Source: Mustelus asterias (taxonomy: Eukaryota). From it: a stretch of DNA of 64,000 nucleotides. The position numbers and the translations under genes were made by a program. Shown here in pieces: positions 24,524-38,539 of this stretch (positions within the stretch are counted from its first letter, which is position 1; each line of letters starts with the position of its first letter). The DNA lies in the NCBI RefSeq assembly GCF_964213995.1, contig NC_135809.1, forward strand, positions 29,884,001 through 29,948,000, read 5' to 3'. The notes beneath the pieces were generated by a model. The model was not told the DNA's origin and did not search any database. It was given only the letters and a program-made list of their open reading frames with translations.

Positions 24524-26244
24524 AATGTTTAGAGACCATTTGACACCTGATTCAAAACATTAATTCCAGCTTCTCTCTCCACAGATTATCACCAGTTCCA
24601 TTCCTTTTGGTGCTCATAATAGTTTCCCGTATGCATACTGTTCTCAAAATGATACACAAGTAGACCATGTTGGAAATGACTAGCAAACGTCCCCAGGAGG
24701 GCATTGGGCTTCTTTGGTCCATCTCCAGCAGTGTGAGGATCTGAATTTTGCACCCAGTATATTTCAAGTATATCTTAAAAATAGAAAGCTTGTCTACAAC
24801 CTTACATGTTCTATAATGCACACAATAACTGCCATATCATTCAGTTGCCAAGTTATGTCTGCTTCTAAATAAAACTCGACTTCCAATCACTTTTCTTGCT
24901 ACACGGGGTTTTTTTTGCCAAAGGTTAACATTTTGCACCTTTTTAAAAAGCTAATGTTATTCCTAAGCTCTGATTTGAGCTTTTTATAGATCCTATTTAT
25001 CTGCTGTAGCTCTTAAAATTAAATAGTGCATTAATGACAGAAACCAAGGTAATGGAAAAAAGGGCATGCTCTCTATGACTCTTTCTGATTTAAATCATTG
25101 CGCATAAAGGCGTTTTACAAAGTAGACTCAAAGAATTAAAAGCCAGCTTTTATGAAAACTATTAATAACATATTAAAGTAAGACAATCTATACCAAAAGT
25201 AGTGAAATGGCACATTCTTTGGAAACTAAATTAACTGCAACCATAGAAACACTTTCATACTTATTATGTATCCTTGTGTTGATGCAATTATCAAAAGAAC
25301 ATCTGACAGCATCAGATTTAATTGAATTAATTTAACTGGATGAACAATCACTGAATTCCTGTTATTTGAAATTTCTTCTGAAAACTAACACTGGCATTTT
25401 AAAATTGCCTATAATTTGTATTCCGAAATACAATAGAAGGAACCTCACACAGATCTTTATATTCAGAAAATCGTTTTTGGATTCATGAACAAACAAAAGT
25501 GCAAATGAAGGCACTGCAGTGAGGACTGAATGTTTCCTATTATTTATCCCATTTTATTCACTTGGGACCAGTCTCTGGCTTTCAACTTTAATCAAGTACT
25601 AGACTATATTTTCAAATTCATTGGTTATATTGTGATATCAAAATTCCTATTGCCGTTGTCAGAATTTGTTTCAATACCTGACTTCACAAAATGAAATAAA
25701 ACACTGCTGCATTGGAACAAATATTTTTGTAGGCTTATATACACCATACACTCTGACTACAGCATTTTCTGATGCGCCTTGACATCTGCCACAACATGCA
25801 GTGCTTATGGCTCCCACTCTAACAGAAAGCTTAAACAATTCCAACTCTATAAGACATCCCTCACAACAACATTTTCACAATTTCCAAAGCCAGCCTTTTA
25901 GAGCAAATTTTGAGTGTGAATCTAAGTTATGCCTTTTCAATTCTGAATTTGCTTCCACAGAAAAAATGTCATGCAATAAGTAGCTATCATCTAATCCAGA
26001 GCATTATTATCTCCTAGGCAGTCCATGATAAAACCCCATAAGGCAACATCCCTACTGTATGGGTCCAGAAAAGCTGTCCCAGATTCGGGGGCTGGAGCAA
26101 CAACTAATAGAGCCTAGCAGCAGTAGCTGGGACTCCCTAATTGTGCTCGAGCTCAAACCGGGCAGCTCTACCAGATTCTGCACTGACTTCTGAAAAGCTA
26201 ATGCAGTGACCTGAGTTGATTCCAACCCAATACTCTGGCTAAAA

Positions 26245-27181
26245 AACTGCATAGATAGAATGGGTAATACATAAAGATAGATTTACTCCAGGGATATTAA
26301 CAAATTCCCTTGATACCTGTTCGTAGGAAAGTTACAGCTTTATGGCTTCGGGTTATATCAGTGTTGAGTCATGCCATTTGGACTCAAAAATACTACAGCC
26401 ATCTTTCAAAGGCTGATGAAGCAGATATGGAGGGCTTATTCAATTGTATAATTTACCTAGATGACCTCCTAGCAAACAAAGAGACCTGGGAAACTCATTT
26501 GGAGAAATTGAAAGCCCTCTTCCAGTAATCACAGTCAGCTAACCTTGTGATCAATCTCACTAAATGCAAGTTTTCTACAGCTTAGGTGATCTACCTAGGG
26601 CATGTAGTGGATCAAAGACAAGTACTCCCTGGAGGTACGATGGTACAAGAAGTAGTACAGTTTCCCAGTCCCACAACAAACTAGGAAATTGTTTGAAATG
26701 TGTCCTGAACCTCAGTATTATCACAGCCTCACTGACAGGTCTACTATAGAAAAAAGCAAAGGTAGTAATGAACTGATAAATGCTAAACAGCTTTCAAAAA
26801 GCTGAAATACATTTTAAACAATCAGCCAGTACTTGCAGCTCCAGACTTTAATCAAGCATTGGTGCGAGTGACTTTGGGGTACTGACTGTCCTTCAGGAGG
26901 ACGAATCAGGAATTGGGTCCTTCTCTGAAAAAAAAATGAACAAACATCAGAAATGGTATTCCACAATGGAAAAATAAACCCTAAATGTATTACCGGCTCT
27001 CGTGGTATATATGTCCAAAATAGATAGAGACCACAGCCGAGACCAACTTTTTATAGAGAACACAGAATGCAGGGTTGTTTCATTGGAGTTTGTTTCTCCA
27101 GCTGTATCACTTAAAAATTACCCGTGTTGCAGAGAAATCTAATGTGATTATTTGATTGTGGACATGCTGTCCAGAATATGA
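26245..27181 (+). pseudogene. Decayed Gypsy pol fragment: RT plus RNase H
   Basis: CIDRMG, KIDLLQGY, MPFGLKN..AIFQRLM, IYLDDLL, YLGHVV, QPVLAAPDF, ending DMLSRI-stop. Confidence 0.85.
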
Positions 27182-27308
27182 AGAGGTCAAGTTAGAATTA
27201 ATGGGATGCTCCAGACCAATGCTAAGAGAATGAATGGAAGTGAATGTGTTTTTGTTTGTTTTGTAACTTTTACCTTGTAATGGAGAGAGTGAATCTCATT
27301 TCAGTTCT

Positions 27309-28178
27309 TGTGATACAAAGGTGTCTTGAGGCTACGCTCCTTTCATTTTCAAAATATGGTTTTCAAACTTTCAACTGATTGGAAATTTTGCATTTTGAAA
27401 TGAGACAGAAAAAAATTATGTAAAAATAGAAGACCACCTTCCAAGGTGAAGATCAAAACCAAACAAGTTATCCTCAGGGGAGTGCTTATGGAAAAGACAT
27501 TCAATGAAAAGTTCTGGACATTGAAATATTGGCTGCCACAGACATGCCCACCCATAAGCCCTTGGAAATACACAGTGGGTGAAGGACAGGCTACAGCTAC
27601 TGCGTTGTGATTGTTAAAATGACTGCACCAGAAGAGACAGGCTGAATGCACTCCCTCTCTCCCTCCCTCTCTTTTTTAACAAGTGTATTACCCAGTTCAG
27701 AAGACAACTTTACTAGAAATCTACCAGCAAACCAAGATCTCGGAATAAATGAAACATCTACATCATAGACCGCATCCATGGAACCAGGTAACCTAAATCA
27801 GCCACAACGTTTAAATCTGTACATCTCAAGGACAATATGCTTAACCATATATCGTTTTAACTCTTTTTTAGACTCCAACTTTACTTATTTCTGATTCCTG
27901 TGTGTATATGAGCCCCAATGACTGCATGAGAGCCGAATGCTTGACGTCGTGTTTTGATTATTTTTCTTTGGGTTTAGTGGTTAATAAAATTGCTCTTCCT
28001 TTGTCTCAAGAAAACCTTATTTGATTGGCTCCTTATTGCTCACAGCTTAAATAGTTAAGTACATTTTGATTCAGAAAAGACATATTCTCATGAAAAAGAA
28101 ACTTAAACATTTGTTGTGACCAACCAAGGAACCTGAAGAGAGAGGAGCCAGTTGATTGCTTCTCACTTGGCCATGACA
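27309..28178 (+). mobile_element. 3' LTR of Gypsy element
   Basis: TG...CA ends, aataaa near 27983, starts about 130 bp after the RNase H stop. Confidence 0.55.
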
Positions 28179-28189
28179 CTTTTCATTCT

Positions 28190-31100
28190 CTTTTCCCATT
28201 TTTTGACATTGAATCACTTTGTTGATTCCCTGATTGAAGTGACAGATGGTGCTTTGTTTATCCAACTCTTTATGCGGACAAACTCTGGGTTCATCTCTAT
28301 CATGTTCTTTTCTCTTCTTTCTCTGTGCAGCTCACTGTGACACATACTGGGATGGAAGGTGACTCTTCCTGTTGTGACTGTGTGACTTGGTGGTAAGTTC
28401 ACCTTTGCATTTGACTGCATGATGTGCACTCATCAACGAATGGCTGCTACTTAGTTCCAACATCATTTGAGGCACTGTCATGCTGGCTGGGGATTGCAGC
28501 ATCTGCTCTGTTGCCCCAGAGTTTCTCCAACTGGTATAGAACATAGAACGTAGAACATAGAACATTACAGCGCAGAACAGGCCCTTCGGCCCACGATGTT
28601 GCACCGACCAGTTAAAAAAAAACTGTGACCCTCCAACCTAAACCAATTTCTTTTCGTCCATGAACCTATCTACGGATCTCTTAAACGCCCCCAAACTAGG
28701 CGCATTTACAACTGATGCTGGCAGGGCATTCCAATCCCTCACCACCCTCTGGGTAAAGAACCTACCCCTGACATCAGTTCTATAACTACCCCCCCTCAAT
28801 TTAAAGCCATGCCCCCTCGTGCTGGATTTCTCCATCAGAGGAAAAAGGCTATCACTATCCACCCTATCTAAACCTCTAATCATCTTATATGTTTCAATAA
28901 GATCCCCTCTTAGCCGCCGCCTTTCCAGCGAAAACAATCCCAAATCCCTCAGCCTCTCCTCATAGGATCTCCCCTCCATACCAGGCAACATCCTGGTAAA
29001 CCTCCTCTGCACCCTCTCCAAAGCCTCCACATCCTTCCTGTAATGTGGGGACCAGAACTGCACACAGTACTCCAAGTGCGGCCGCACCAGAGTTGTGTAC
29101 AGTTGCAACATAACGCTACGACTCCTAAATTCAATCCCCCTACCAATAAACGCCAAGACACCATATGCCTTCTTAACAACCTTATCTACTTGATTCCCAA
29201 CTTTCAGGGATCTATGCACACATACACCTAGATCCCTCTGCTCCTCCACACTATTCAAAGTCCTCCCGTTAGCCCTATACTCAACACATCTGTTATTCCT
29301 ACCAAAGTGAATTACCTCACACTTCTCCGCATTAAACTCCATCCGCCACCTCTCGGCCCAACTTTGCAACCTGTCTAAGTCTTCCTGCAAACTACGACAC
29401 CCTTCCTCACTGTCTACCACACCACCGGTATGTCGGAGTCAGAGGTTGAGGCTCTTCTCATTGCTGGTTCCTCTCTTGACTGTCATTTTGTTGGTGTGGA
29501 GGAGTTGGCTGGTGTGACCAATGAGGGGTTTCTGGCACCTGTAACACAAGTGGACAAACCTGCTCAGTAAAGGGAGAAGACAATTCAGAGCTGAAGTCCC
29601 AGTCGAGAGAATCTTTCTTGTTGGAGCTCTCTGGAATTTCAGTTCAGTATAATTTATGACAATGTTTGTCTTGACATTTTCTGTCATTTTGAAGAGATTC
29701 AGGGCTACATAGGCATCTCTGCCCAAGAAAGAAAATGACTGGTTAAAGATGACATACATCAGCTAAAGATATGTTTGCTGTTTACTGAATGGTTCCAGAA
29801 TCATATCCATGGCTGGAGGTCAGATGCTCTGACACACAGAGTGGAATTCCTATTGTCTGTAACCAGAGGTGTCTCTGCCACAGTATTGTGTTCAATAGGA
29901 CTGTAACACTGGCTCCCATGTCCAACTTAAAGCTTCTGAGACGGCCATTAACCGAGATGTTCACATTCCAGAATGAAAATCCAGGATCTTTGATTGCACC
30001 CAAGAAGCATGGCTATGTGGCCTCCTAGTGTGCTGTCTTGACCTTGTGAATCCTTTTTGGATCTTTGACTGAAGTTGCTGGACATTAATCATGCCCGTGG
30101 TGACACTTTGTTCCGCAATGCTGGCACGGTCTCTGTACTACTCTTTTTGGATATTGCTTTCCTTGGCCTGGAGTGTCCCAAGTTTCTGTGCTGTTTCAAT
30201 AACTGGACAGTGGGGTTTACTTAATTGTACCACAGTTTACTCCCCCCCCCCCCCCCCCCCCCCGCCCCACTTAACCCAGATTTGTGCTGCAAAGAGATTT
30301 CAGATTGCCTGACAATCTGCATGACTTTCTCAAGGGTTAGATCTTTCTTCACTTGAAGCATGTCTGACACTGTATCGTCTGCCACTTCTACAACTATTTG
30401 ATCCCTGATGAGCTCAGATTTCCGGTCACTGTAATCCAGCCATAAGCATTTTTGAACAGCTCATTAATGAAGGAGTTGACACATTTTCTCAGATGCTGGA
30501 CATGTTTATAAAATTTAGCCCTTTCAAGGATTTTGTTACTTCAGAGGTTAAAATAAGCATTGAAATATTTTACAACTTCACCAAATTTTGCGCATGATTT
30601 GTCGATTCCTTGTCTAGCAATTATATTGTTGGCTATCAGGCCTAACAAATAATGCAGTGTGTTAATTTGTCCAGCTTCTATCGTTTTATCCAGACCCAGC
30701 AATCATATATCTAAGGAATAAGTCCCCAATTTGTGACTGATCTGGGTCTTGGGTAAGTCCAAATTGATCTGGAAGAGTGGATTTCTGATCCATGGTTAAA
30801 ATTGTAGGTTTAAATTGCAGGTTCAGCTTTAAGAGGTTTCTAAAAATCCAAGGAGACCTCACTGTATGCTTCTAAACAAAGGGTTTTCCCACTCTTGCCA
30901 GTTTTGGCGAGTTCCCACAGTAACGGCAATCACAATTGCAGCATTGAAATTTTTTCAACAGTGAATCAACAAGTTAGAGTGTTCCATGCTTTAGCGCAAT
31001 GTTTTTAGACATGAGAAATCTCAGCTTTTGCTGAGTTTTTTAAAGTTGCTGACTCAGTCACGATTATGTTTTCAACAATTGTCAACTTATTCTTTATTCG

Positions 31101-31280
31101 GAGCAAGCTCCGCTACGTGTTCAGATGCCAACTCAGGAATCGGGTTTTTTGGATTTAAACTACAATTTTTGACCATTGCAATATTTAACTATTTTCAGGG
31201 CTTGTGTTGCCTAGAAATGTTAAAGTTTTAGCTCACCTCTGCTAGGTCTGCTGACTCTGCACACGCTGGGTATTGAAATT
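28190..31280 (-). mobile_element. Decayed, internally deleted Ty3/Gypsy element interrupted by CR1
   Basis: Minus-strand gag (ILERAKF, LIRDQIVV, DLTLEKVMQIVRQSE, about 30290-30790); protease FKLDMGASVTVL (29782-30003); pol remnants on both sides of the CR1. Confidence 0.8.
28538..29426 (-). mobile_element. Young 5'-truncated CR1 LINE, near-identical to 8622-9511
   Basis: 260-aa ORF differs from the first copy at K/R in GMEG(K/R)SYEE; (agaacat)n tail; 5-bp TSD ggtat at 28533-28537 and 29427-29431. Confidence 0.97.
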
Positions 31281-31289
31281 ACACCACGG

Positions 31290-33320
31290 AATGACAGAAG
31301 AGGCACACCAAAGAAAGAGGCCATTCAGCCCATCATGTGTGTGCCAGCTGAAAAAGAAAAAATAATAAAACTAGCTGCCCATTCTGATTCTAGCACCCAG
31401 TCCGTAGCCTTGCAGATAAGGTGCAGATCCAGGTACTTTATAAATGAGTTGAGGGTTTCTAACTCCACCACCAAAACCTGGCAGCAAATTCCAAACACCC
31501 ACCACCGTCTGTGTGCAGAAGGTTTTCCTAGTGTCCTCTCTCATCCTTCTACAACTCACCTTAAATTTGTGCCCCCTGGTTATTGAACTCTCAGCTAGGG
31601 GAAACAAGGCACCTCTGTCTACTCCATCTAGGACCCTCATAATCTTGTACACCTCAATTCAGTTACTCTTTAACCTCCTCAGACCCAAGGAAGACAACCC
31701 CAGTCTGTGCAATCTTCCCTCATGACTGCAATTTTCAAGCCTTGGCATTCATGTAACTTCCTCTGTACTTACTCCGGAACTATTATGGGTGGGATTCTCC
31801 TATGGCAGGCAGGCGGGGTGGGGTGGGGTGTGGGGGAGGAGAGAGGGTTCAGCACGAGTCCAAAAATCAGTTTACATCAGCGCAAATTTCCAAGGGGATT
31901 GTCCACTGGTGCCCACCATGGCAGTTCGGGAAACCTGCTGGAGGCTGGTGTCAAATGGATTTGCATCCTGCAAAAGCAGATGAAACCTCAGTCAGAATCT
32001 ACCCACACCCAATTCTCCATGACACCAACAGGAAAACACACCATTTCAGAACACGTCTGGAACAACGCAGTGTGCAGAAGTCGGGATTCACCTGAAGAAT
32101 GCCTGGAGCTGCCTCCAGAGTTCGGGGTGGCGGTCGCCAGCAACTCTGGACCCCAGAACACCACAGCAGTGGGTGGAATAACATGTGTCGGTGGGTCTTG
32201 CAGATCCATGTCATCGAGGAGGTTCATCTTCCAGCCTTACATTGTTCCTGAAGATTCATCTTCTTTCTTCAACAGTGGGTCAGTGATGTTGGGAGCCTTT
32301 TCAATATGGCACCCAGATATGATGGCTGGACTCATGCCATCATGCCCACCCTGCCACAGAATGCAGTGCTAAACACTCGGGTGCATAATTAATGAGGTAA
32401 ACACTCAACAGCGGGAAACACACTCTGTTCCCATCCCACCACGGGACATAGTCCCAGTTTGGAGAATTCTGACCTATGTCTTTTCTGTAATGTGGCAACC
32501 AGAACTGAACACAAAATTCCAGCTGTTTCCTAACCAGCATTTTATACACTTCGAGTATTACATCCCGTCTTTTTATTCTACAGCTTGACCAATAAAAGAA
32601 AACATTCCATATGCTTGCTTGACCACCTTATCCAACTGCCCTGCCACCTTCAGGGACCTATGGACATACAGGTCTCTCACTTCCTCTACCCCTCCCAATA
32701 TCACCTGTTTACTATCTGTTCCCTAGCTTTGTTTGCCCTTCCCAAATGCATTATTTGACACTTTCTGGATTGAGCTCCATCTGTCACTATTCTGCCTATT
32801 CAACCAAACCATTTATGTCATTATGGAGCCGATAGCTGTCCTCCTCACCATCAACCACTCAGCTAAATTTTTTGTCATCTGCTAATTTCCCAATCATGTC
32901 ATAGACATTTAAGGTCAAATCATTAACATATGCGACAAACAGCAAGGAACCCAACACTGAGCCCTGTGGAACACCACAGGAAATCATATTTCATTCACAA
33001 AAATATCAATCGACCATTACACTTTCTTTCCTGTTGCTGAGCCAATTTTGTATCCAACTCGCTACATTCCCCTGTAATCCCATGAGCTTTTACTTTTCTG
33101 AGTAGTCTACCATGTGAGACAATGTCAAACGCCTTACTACAACAGTTACTACAATACAGTCATCGATCCTCCTTGTTATTTCCTCAAAAGTTTCAATTAA
33201 ATTCATACTTTCCCCGATGCTGATAATCCCTGAATAATCCATTCCTTTTTAACTGACAGTTTATCCTGTCTCAGTATTAATTCTAATCATTTTCCCACCA
33301 CCGGTTGACTAGTCTATAAT
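31290..33320 (-). mobile_element. Older CR1 LINE, split by a MITE
   Basis: YKIMRVLDGVDR..LFPL...TRGHKFK (31371-31652); YKMLVRKQLEFCVQFWLPHYRKDI; decayed GVPQGSVLG. Confidence 0.88.
31787..32474. mobile_element. Harbinger-type non-autonomous element
   Basis: TIRs gggtgggattctcc / ggagaattctgacc with tat/tat TSD; CR1 resumes on both sides. Confidence 0.8.
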
Positions 33321-34020
33321 TTATTTGAAGCTGGACTTCCACAGGATTCAATGGAGTCTTCTACTGTAGTGAAGAATTTAATTTCTGCCTTCAGCTTCCA
33401 AGCCTTTCTATGGAGCTTTTCTCTGGTGATTTGCTGCTGCGCCTTTACTTCTTGAGCTTTGCTTCAGGTTAAAATGCTAGGCCTGCTGAGTTCTTCCCGC
33501 ACTTTGTTTGTATATTAGGGAGGCTCAAGTGTTGTACAGCTGATAACTGTAGATAGCTATGTATTAGTACACATTTTAAAGAAAACCACAATTTAGCAAT
33601 AACATACTGGTTTGGAGTTATGTACAGTGTTTGGTATTTAGTGGCATTGCTGTCCCTTGGTCTCCATTAACGGAAAGCAGTGAGTTGGGAGAGGCGGTGA
33701 CTGGGAGGAAAGCAGCAAGCCGGATCGTCAGTGAGTCAGGAGAGATGGAAAACCAGGAGAAGTGATGAGCTGGAGTTGGGAAGCGCCAAGCAGGAGGTAA
33801 ATTATAAAGAGTAGGTAAGAGGACTTTTGGGCCAGTCATGTTCAAGGTAGCCAACAGGAATACGTTAGGAGTGCCAAATGAAGAACAGCTGTCCTTCACT
33901 GGCTGTAAATCACAGGACATCTTGAGGTGGTAAAAAACACCGTATAAATGCATGCTTCTCTTTTACGTCGACAGTTTCTGGAAACACTGCAGTACATTGG
34001 TGAGCTACTTAATACATTTG

Positions 34021-34345
34021 GACGGCAAGGTGGCACAGTGGTTAGCACTGCTGCCTCACAGTGCTAGGGACCGGGTTCGATTCCTGGCTTGGGTCACTGC
34101 CTGTGCAGAGTTTGCACATTCTCCCTGTGTCTGCGTGGGTTTCCTCTGGATGCTCTGGTTTCCTCCCACAGTCCAAAGGTGTGCGGGTTAGGTGGATTGG
34201 CCATGCTAAATTGCCCCTTCGTGTCAGGGGGACTAGCTAGGGTAAATGTATGGGTTTATGGAGATAGGGCCTGGGTGGGATTGTGGTCAGTGCAGACTCG
34301 ATGGGCCAAATGGCCTCCTTCTGCACTGAAGGATTCTATGTTTCT
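34021..34345 (+). mobile_element. HE1-type SINE, full length, CR1 tail
   Basis: tRNA-like head (tggcacagtgg, ggttcgattcc), V domain, tail ggcctccttctgcactg..ggattctatg. Confidence 0.93.
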
Positions 34346-35857
34346 ATCATGCTATGGAATTCAACAGAGATCAAATGTGTTTCGGATGGGTTCAGTGAGA
34401 TGTCTTTGGTTTAAGTAGGCCTATGCAGGTTACTTAGTATGTCCCTTTAAACGGCATGTCTAAACACAGGCAGATAGGTTTTTTGTTTTAATTGGTAGTG
34501 CACATCTGCACATTACCTTGATATTAGTGCACATAATAAAATCCATTCTGCACATAGATGGAAACATTTAGATGCAGCATTAGACCTAAAGAATTTGAAT
34601 TCCAGGCCTCTTTGTAATATCCTAGACCTATCTCCTGCCCAAGCTGGTAGCAATAGTGTAAATTGAGGTAGGGGTTAGGCATTGTGGGGAACATCAAGGG
34701 AATGGCCACAATATAATGTAAGTACTGGGAGTGAATAGAAGAAGATCTTTTATAGTTGAAGTTGCGAGAGAGAACCAAATGGTTCTTTGTGAGGCTTGGA
34801 GAACACTCCTATTGGACAGCCATTTTAACCCCCCCCCCCCCCCCACCGATGTATGCATCAGGTGGACTGTGTTAAAAATCAATTTTATACTCTCCAGTCT
34901 TGAAAATGGAGGATGGGTACTTGTATAAAGTACCGAGAGGTCAGTGACCCGTTCAACAAATCCTATTATGAGTTGCTGTCTTCACAGCAGAAAGGCCTAA
35001 GAGGGGCCCAAAAGTGTCTTATTTCTTCTGTGGAAATTTAAGCTTTTCAGCTAATTGTGAATTTTTACCCAATGCCACTAAAGCCCAATGCCAGTTCTGA
35101 TAATCAAAAATACAATTATGAAGTAAAATTCTTGTGTTCTATAATAGCTTTACTTGGTATTTCACTACACAATATAGATCATGGAGACACAGAATAATAT
35201 GTCCTCAGTGCAAAAGTGTGTGAATTGTGTATTAAATGTTAAAACCTGACTCAGTGAAGTGAGCATGTGTACTGACAGCAGGACAGTGAAATTCAAAATG
35301 AACTGTTGTGAAAAACAGCGCAATTTCTACTCTCCGTCTCCTGTTTCAAATCAGAACTGCTACATTTTGAGGATCCCTCAGTGAAACATAACTGAATCTT
35401 TGCATGAATATGGATCCTTGTTAGTCAAGAAACTAGTTTTAGCTTCCTAAATAACTCTGACTTGATATGGAAAGTATCAGAGACAAATAAATCAGAAAAG
35501 TTACACATTGAATCTGCTGTCTGTGTTGAGCTAGCTTATCTCAGCAGGGGAGTTGCAATTGGCCTTGAAATCCCTTAGTTAAGGAGAGGAAAAGAGGCAG
35601 GGTCTAGCACTGATCATTATCCACTGACCCTGTTTGGAAGGTCGTATGTGTGCATGTTGGTTGGGGGCAGAAACAGGCACAGCTGTACTACTCCCCGATG
35701 AAAATAACTGGCAAGAATCACAGTCAGAAAAACATTATATATTTTTAATAGTTTTTTGTGCTCGTCAATGTGAGGAATATTAGTGCTGGGGAAAACAACT
35801 CTTCCTATTTCAGGCTACTGGAGCGTAGATCAATAGAACTCAAGTCCTCTAGTTAAT

Positions 35858-36130
35858 GGGCAGCACGGTGGCACAGTGGTTAGCACTGCTGCCTTACAAC
35901 ACCAGGGACTGGGTTCAATTCTGGCATTGGGTGACTGTGTGAAGTTTGCATGCTAGGTGGATTGGCCATGCTAAATTGCCCCTTAGTGTCCAAAGATGTG
36001 TAGGCTAGGTGGATTAACCATGGTAAATGCTCAGGGTTATGGGAATAGGGCTTGAGTGGGATGCTCTTCCAGAGAGCCAGTGCAGATTTGATGGGCTGGA
36101 TGGCCTCTTTCTGCACTTTAGAGATTCTAT
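35858..36130 (+). mobile_element. HE1-type SINE with internal deletion
   Basis: gggcagcacggtggcacagtggttagcactgctgcc head and CR1 tail; central V segment missing. Confidence 0.9.
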
Positions 36131-36359
36131 AGTACTATGGTTTTGTATAGTCAAGCTACATCCAAAGTCTCAGTCCCAAGTATAAATAAACACCACCAAC
36201 ATGACACTTTCTACATTTTCTGCACAAGCCATCTGTAGCCTATAGGTTGCTGAACCTTCCAAATTTCCTGGAATCTCCCAGAATTGAGGATGGACCTCAT
36301 GAGTGTCTCATCTAACAGTCTGAGAGATTTTTAAACTTTAAAATTCTTCCGTAGCAACA

Positions 36360-36850
36360 ATTCCTCACACTGTGATCTCACCAGCGACCACTTCAGAGAA
36401 ACCACCTGCTCTGTGACATTTCCCTGTAATCGTTGTCCCAATCACCCCCAGGTTGCGAGGGAGGCAAGTGTATTGGGAGCAATCGAAGGATTGTGGTTAG
36501 AGACACTGGAATGGGGGTTAGGATTTCAGATAGAGACAGAGACTAGGAAATGGGAATTGATAAAAAATAAGACGACCGGATGTTGGGGTAACATTTAGAA
36601 CCAAAATTGGGATTGGGGATATTGAGAGAGAATGGGTTTTGAAAAGATATTGACTATTGACGAGATTGTGGCTCAGACAAAGGAGAATGAGAAAGGAGAC
36701 TTGATAATAGGGTGTGTGGTAACAGCAGCAACATGGTGAGTATCATGAGAGTGGCAGTCAGTAGAAAGCAAAAGCCAGTGACTTTACTATGAGTAAACTG
36801 AATAATTGTTTCCACTGATGGACAAAGGCCTAGAATTCTCACTGGAAGAA
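36360..36850 (-). mobile_element. L2-like LINE relic
   Basis: Purine-rich decayed sequence of L2 ORF2 type (tgagagtggcagtcagtag...agccagtgac). Confidence 0.35.
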
Positions 36851-37949
36851 CCAAAGGGAAATGTTTCATTACAATGGGATCCTGAGGTGAACACAAACAT
36901 TATTTGAAAAGAGTATTTTATAAGCATTTGGAAACAAGGATCAGAGGAAATTAAATTAACAGAGATTAAATGTCACATCAATGGGGGAAGGTAATTATAT
37001 CTTGGGCAAACTAAATGGGTTCTTTCTGTAGGATCAGAGTGAATTGGCTTATACAATTAATGTACACTCATTATAGGTATTGGGTGTTACAGTTATTGAG
37101 TCAGTCAATTAGTACGGGTAATAAGTGTTATTGGTATTATGATTAGTTATTGGTGCAATTTCAGTGAGTTACTATTAGTTACTAATGGAATTAAAGTTCT
37201 TTCCATCTCTGGATTCTCCTTCGCAAATCCCTCCCTGATCTTTAGTTTCCCCTTTACCCTGCCCTCCAGTATCCATCTTCATTTGCTCATTTTCAGAACT
37301 TGATTAACACTGACGCAAAATCCCAAGTGAATATATTCCACCACTCTAGAAAGATAACTGTAATGTTTGCAGATGTCACGTGGTCAGAACTGGCAACACT
37401 ACTGTCATATGACTAAAATTTTCAATTACAGCCAAACTAAGGATAGTTTCAGCGCTGGAAACACATGTCCATTAAGAACTCATTTCACACACCTGACAGA
37501 AGAAATCCCCATCCCACCAAACTGGTCTGGATTTGAATCCATGTCAAGAGGTGAAAGCTGTTCCCAGTTCGTCGACAGTTTCCATCAAAGGTCTGAATGC
37601 TGTAGTGGAAACTCAGGCTCCTGCCTTGCAAGTTTAGCTTATTGCCATCATAGCTTTGGATACAGCTTTTTAAAGGAGCTTCCCCAGCAGTCCACCAATC
37701 TGTTCTCCACTTGGTTGCAGTTGTGTAGAACCATGGTGAGACTGCACCTGTATTGTGTGCAGCTTTGGTCTTATCTAAGGAAAGATACACTTGCCATAGT
37801 GGGAGTGCAATGAAGGTTCACCAGACTAACTCCTGGGATGGTGGGATTTTTTAAAAAATGAGGAATGATTGAGGAAACCGAACCAGCATTCTCCAGAATT
37901 TTGAAGAATGAGAGTTGATTCATTTGAAACTTACAAAATTCTTACAAAA

Positions 37950-38214
37950 AAAAGTTTATTTATTGGTCGTAAGTAAGGCTTACATTGACACTGCAATGAA
38001 GTTACTGTGAAATTTCCTCTAGTCACCACTGTTTGGGTCAGTGCACCTAACCAGCCACGTCTTTCAGAGTGTGGGAGGAAACCGGAGAACCTGGAGGAAA
38101 CCCACGCAGACATGGGGAGAACGTGCAAACTCCACACAGGCAGTGACCCAAGCCAGGAATCGAACCTGGGTCCCTGGCACTGTGAGGCAGCGGTGCTAAC
38201 CACTGTGCCGCCCA
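37950..38214 (-). mobile_element. tRNA/V SINE, alternative-tail subfamily
   Basis: Same head and tail as 12207-12491. Confidence 0.9.
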
Positions 38215-38437
38215 AGGTGAACAGCTAGGTTTAGACAGGATATTTCCACAGACTGGTGAGTCTAAGACCAGGGTCACAGTCTCAGGATAAGTGGTAGGCC
38301 ATTCAAGACTGAGATAAGGAGGAATTTCATCACTCAGAGGGTGGTGACTCTTTGGAATTCTCTATCCCACAGAGCTGTGGAAACTCAATCATTGGGCAAG
38401 TTCAAGATAGAAATTGAAATTGATAGTTTTCTGGATA

Positions 38438-38539
38438 GTTTGCACCTTCTCCCCGTGTCTGCATGGGTTTCCTCCGGGTGCTCCGGTTTCCTCCAACTTT
38501 CTGAAAGACGTGCTGGTTAGGTGCATTGACCCGAACAGA
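38438..38539 (+). mobile_element. Internal SINE fragment flanked by a 10-bp direct repeat
   Basis: V-domain only; tttctggata at 38428-38437 and 38540-38549. Confidence 0.8.

Noticed and set aside
31707-32372. 221-aa ORF
   Set aside because: Spans CR1 antisense and a GC-rich MITE; no recognisable domain.
34021-34090. tRNA genes suggested by A/B boxes
   Set aside because: They are SINE heads continuing into V domain and LINE tail, with no complete cloverleaf.
35500-35730. Possible ancient SINE or conserved non-coding element
   Set aside because: Too diverged to assign by eye and no second copy in the window.
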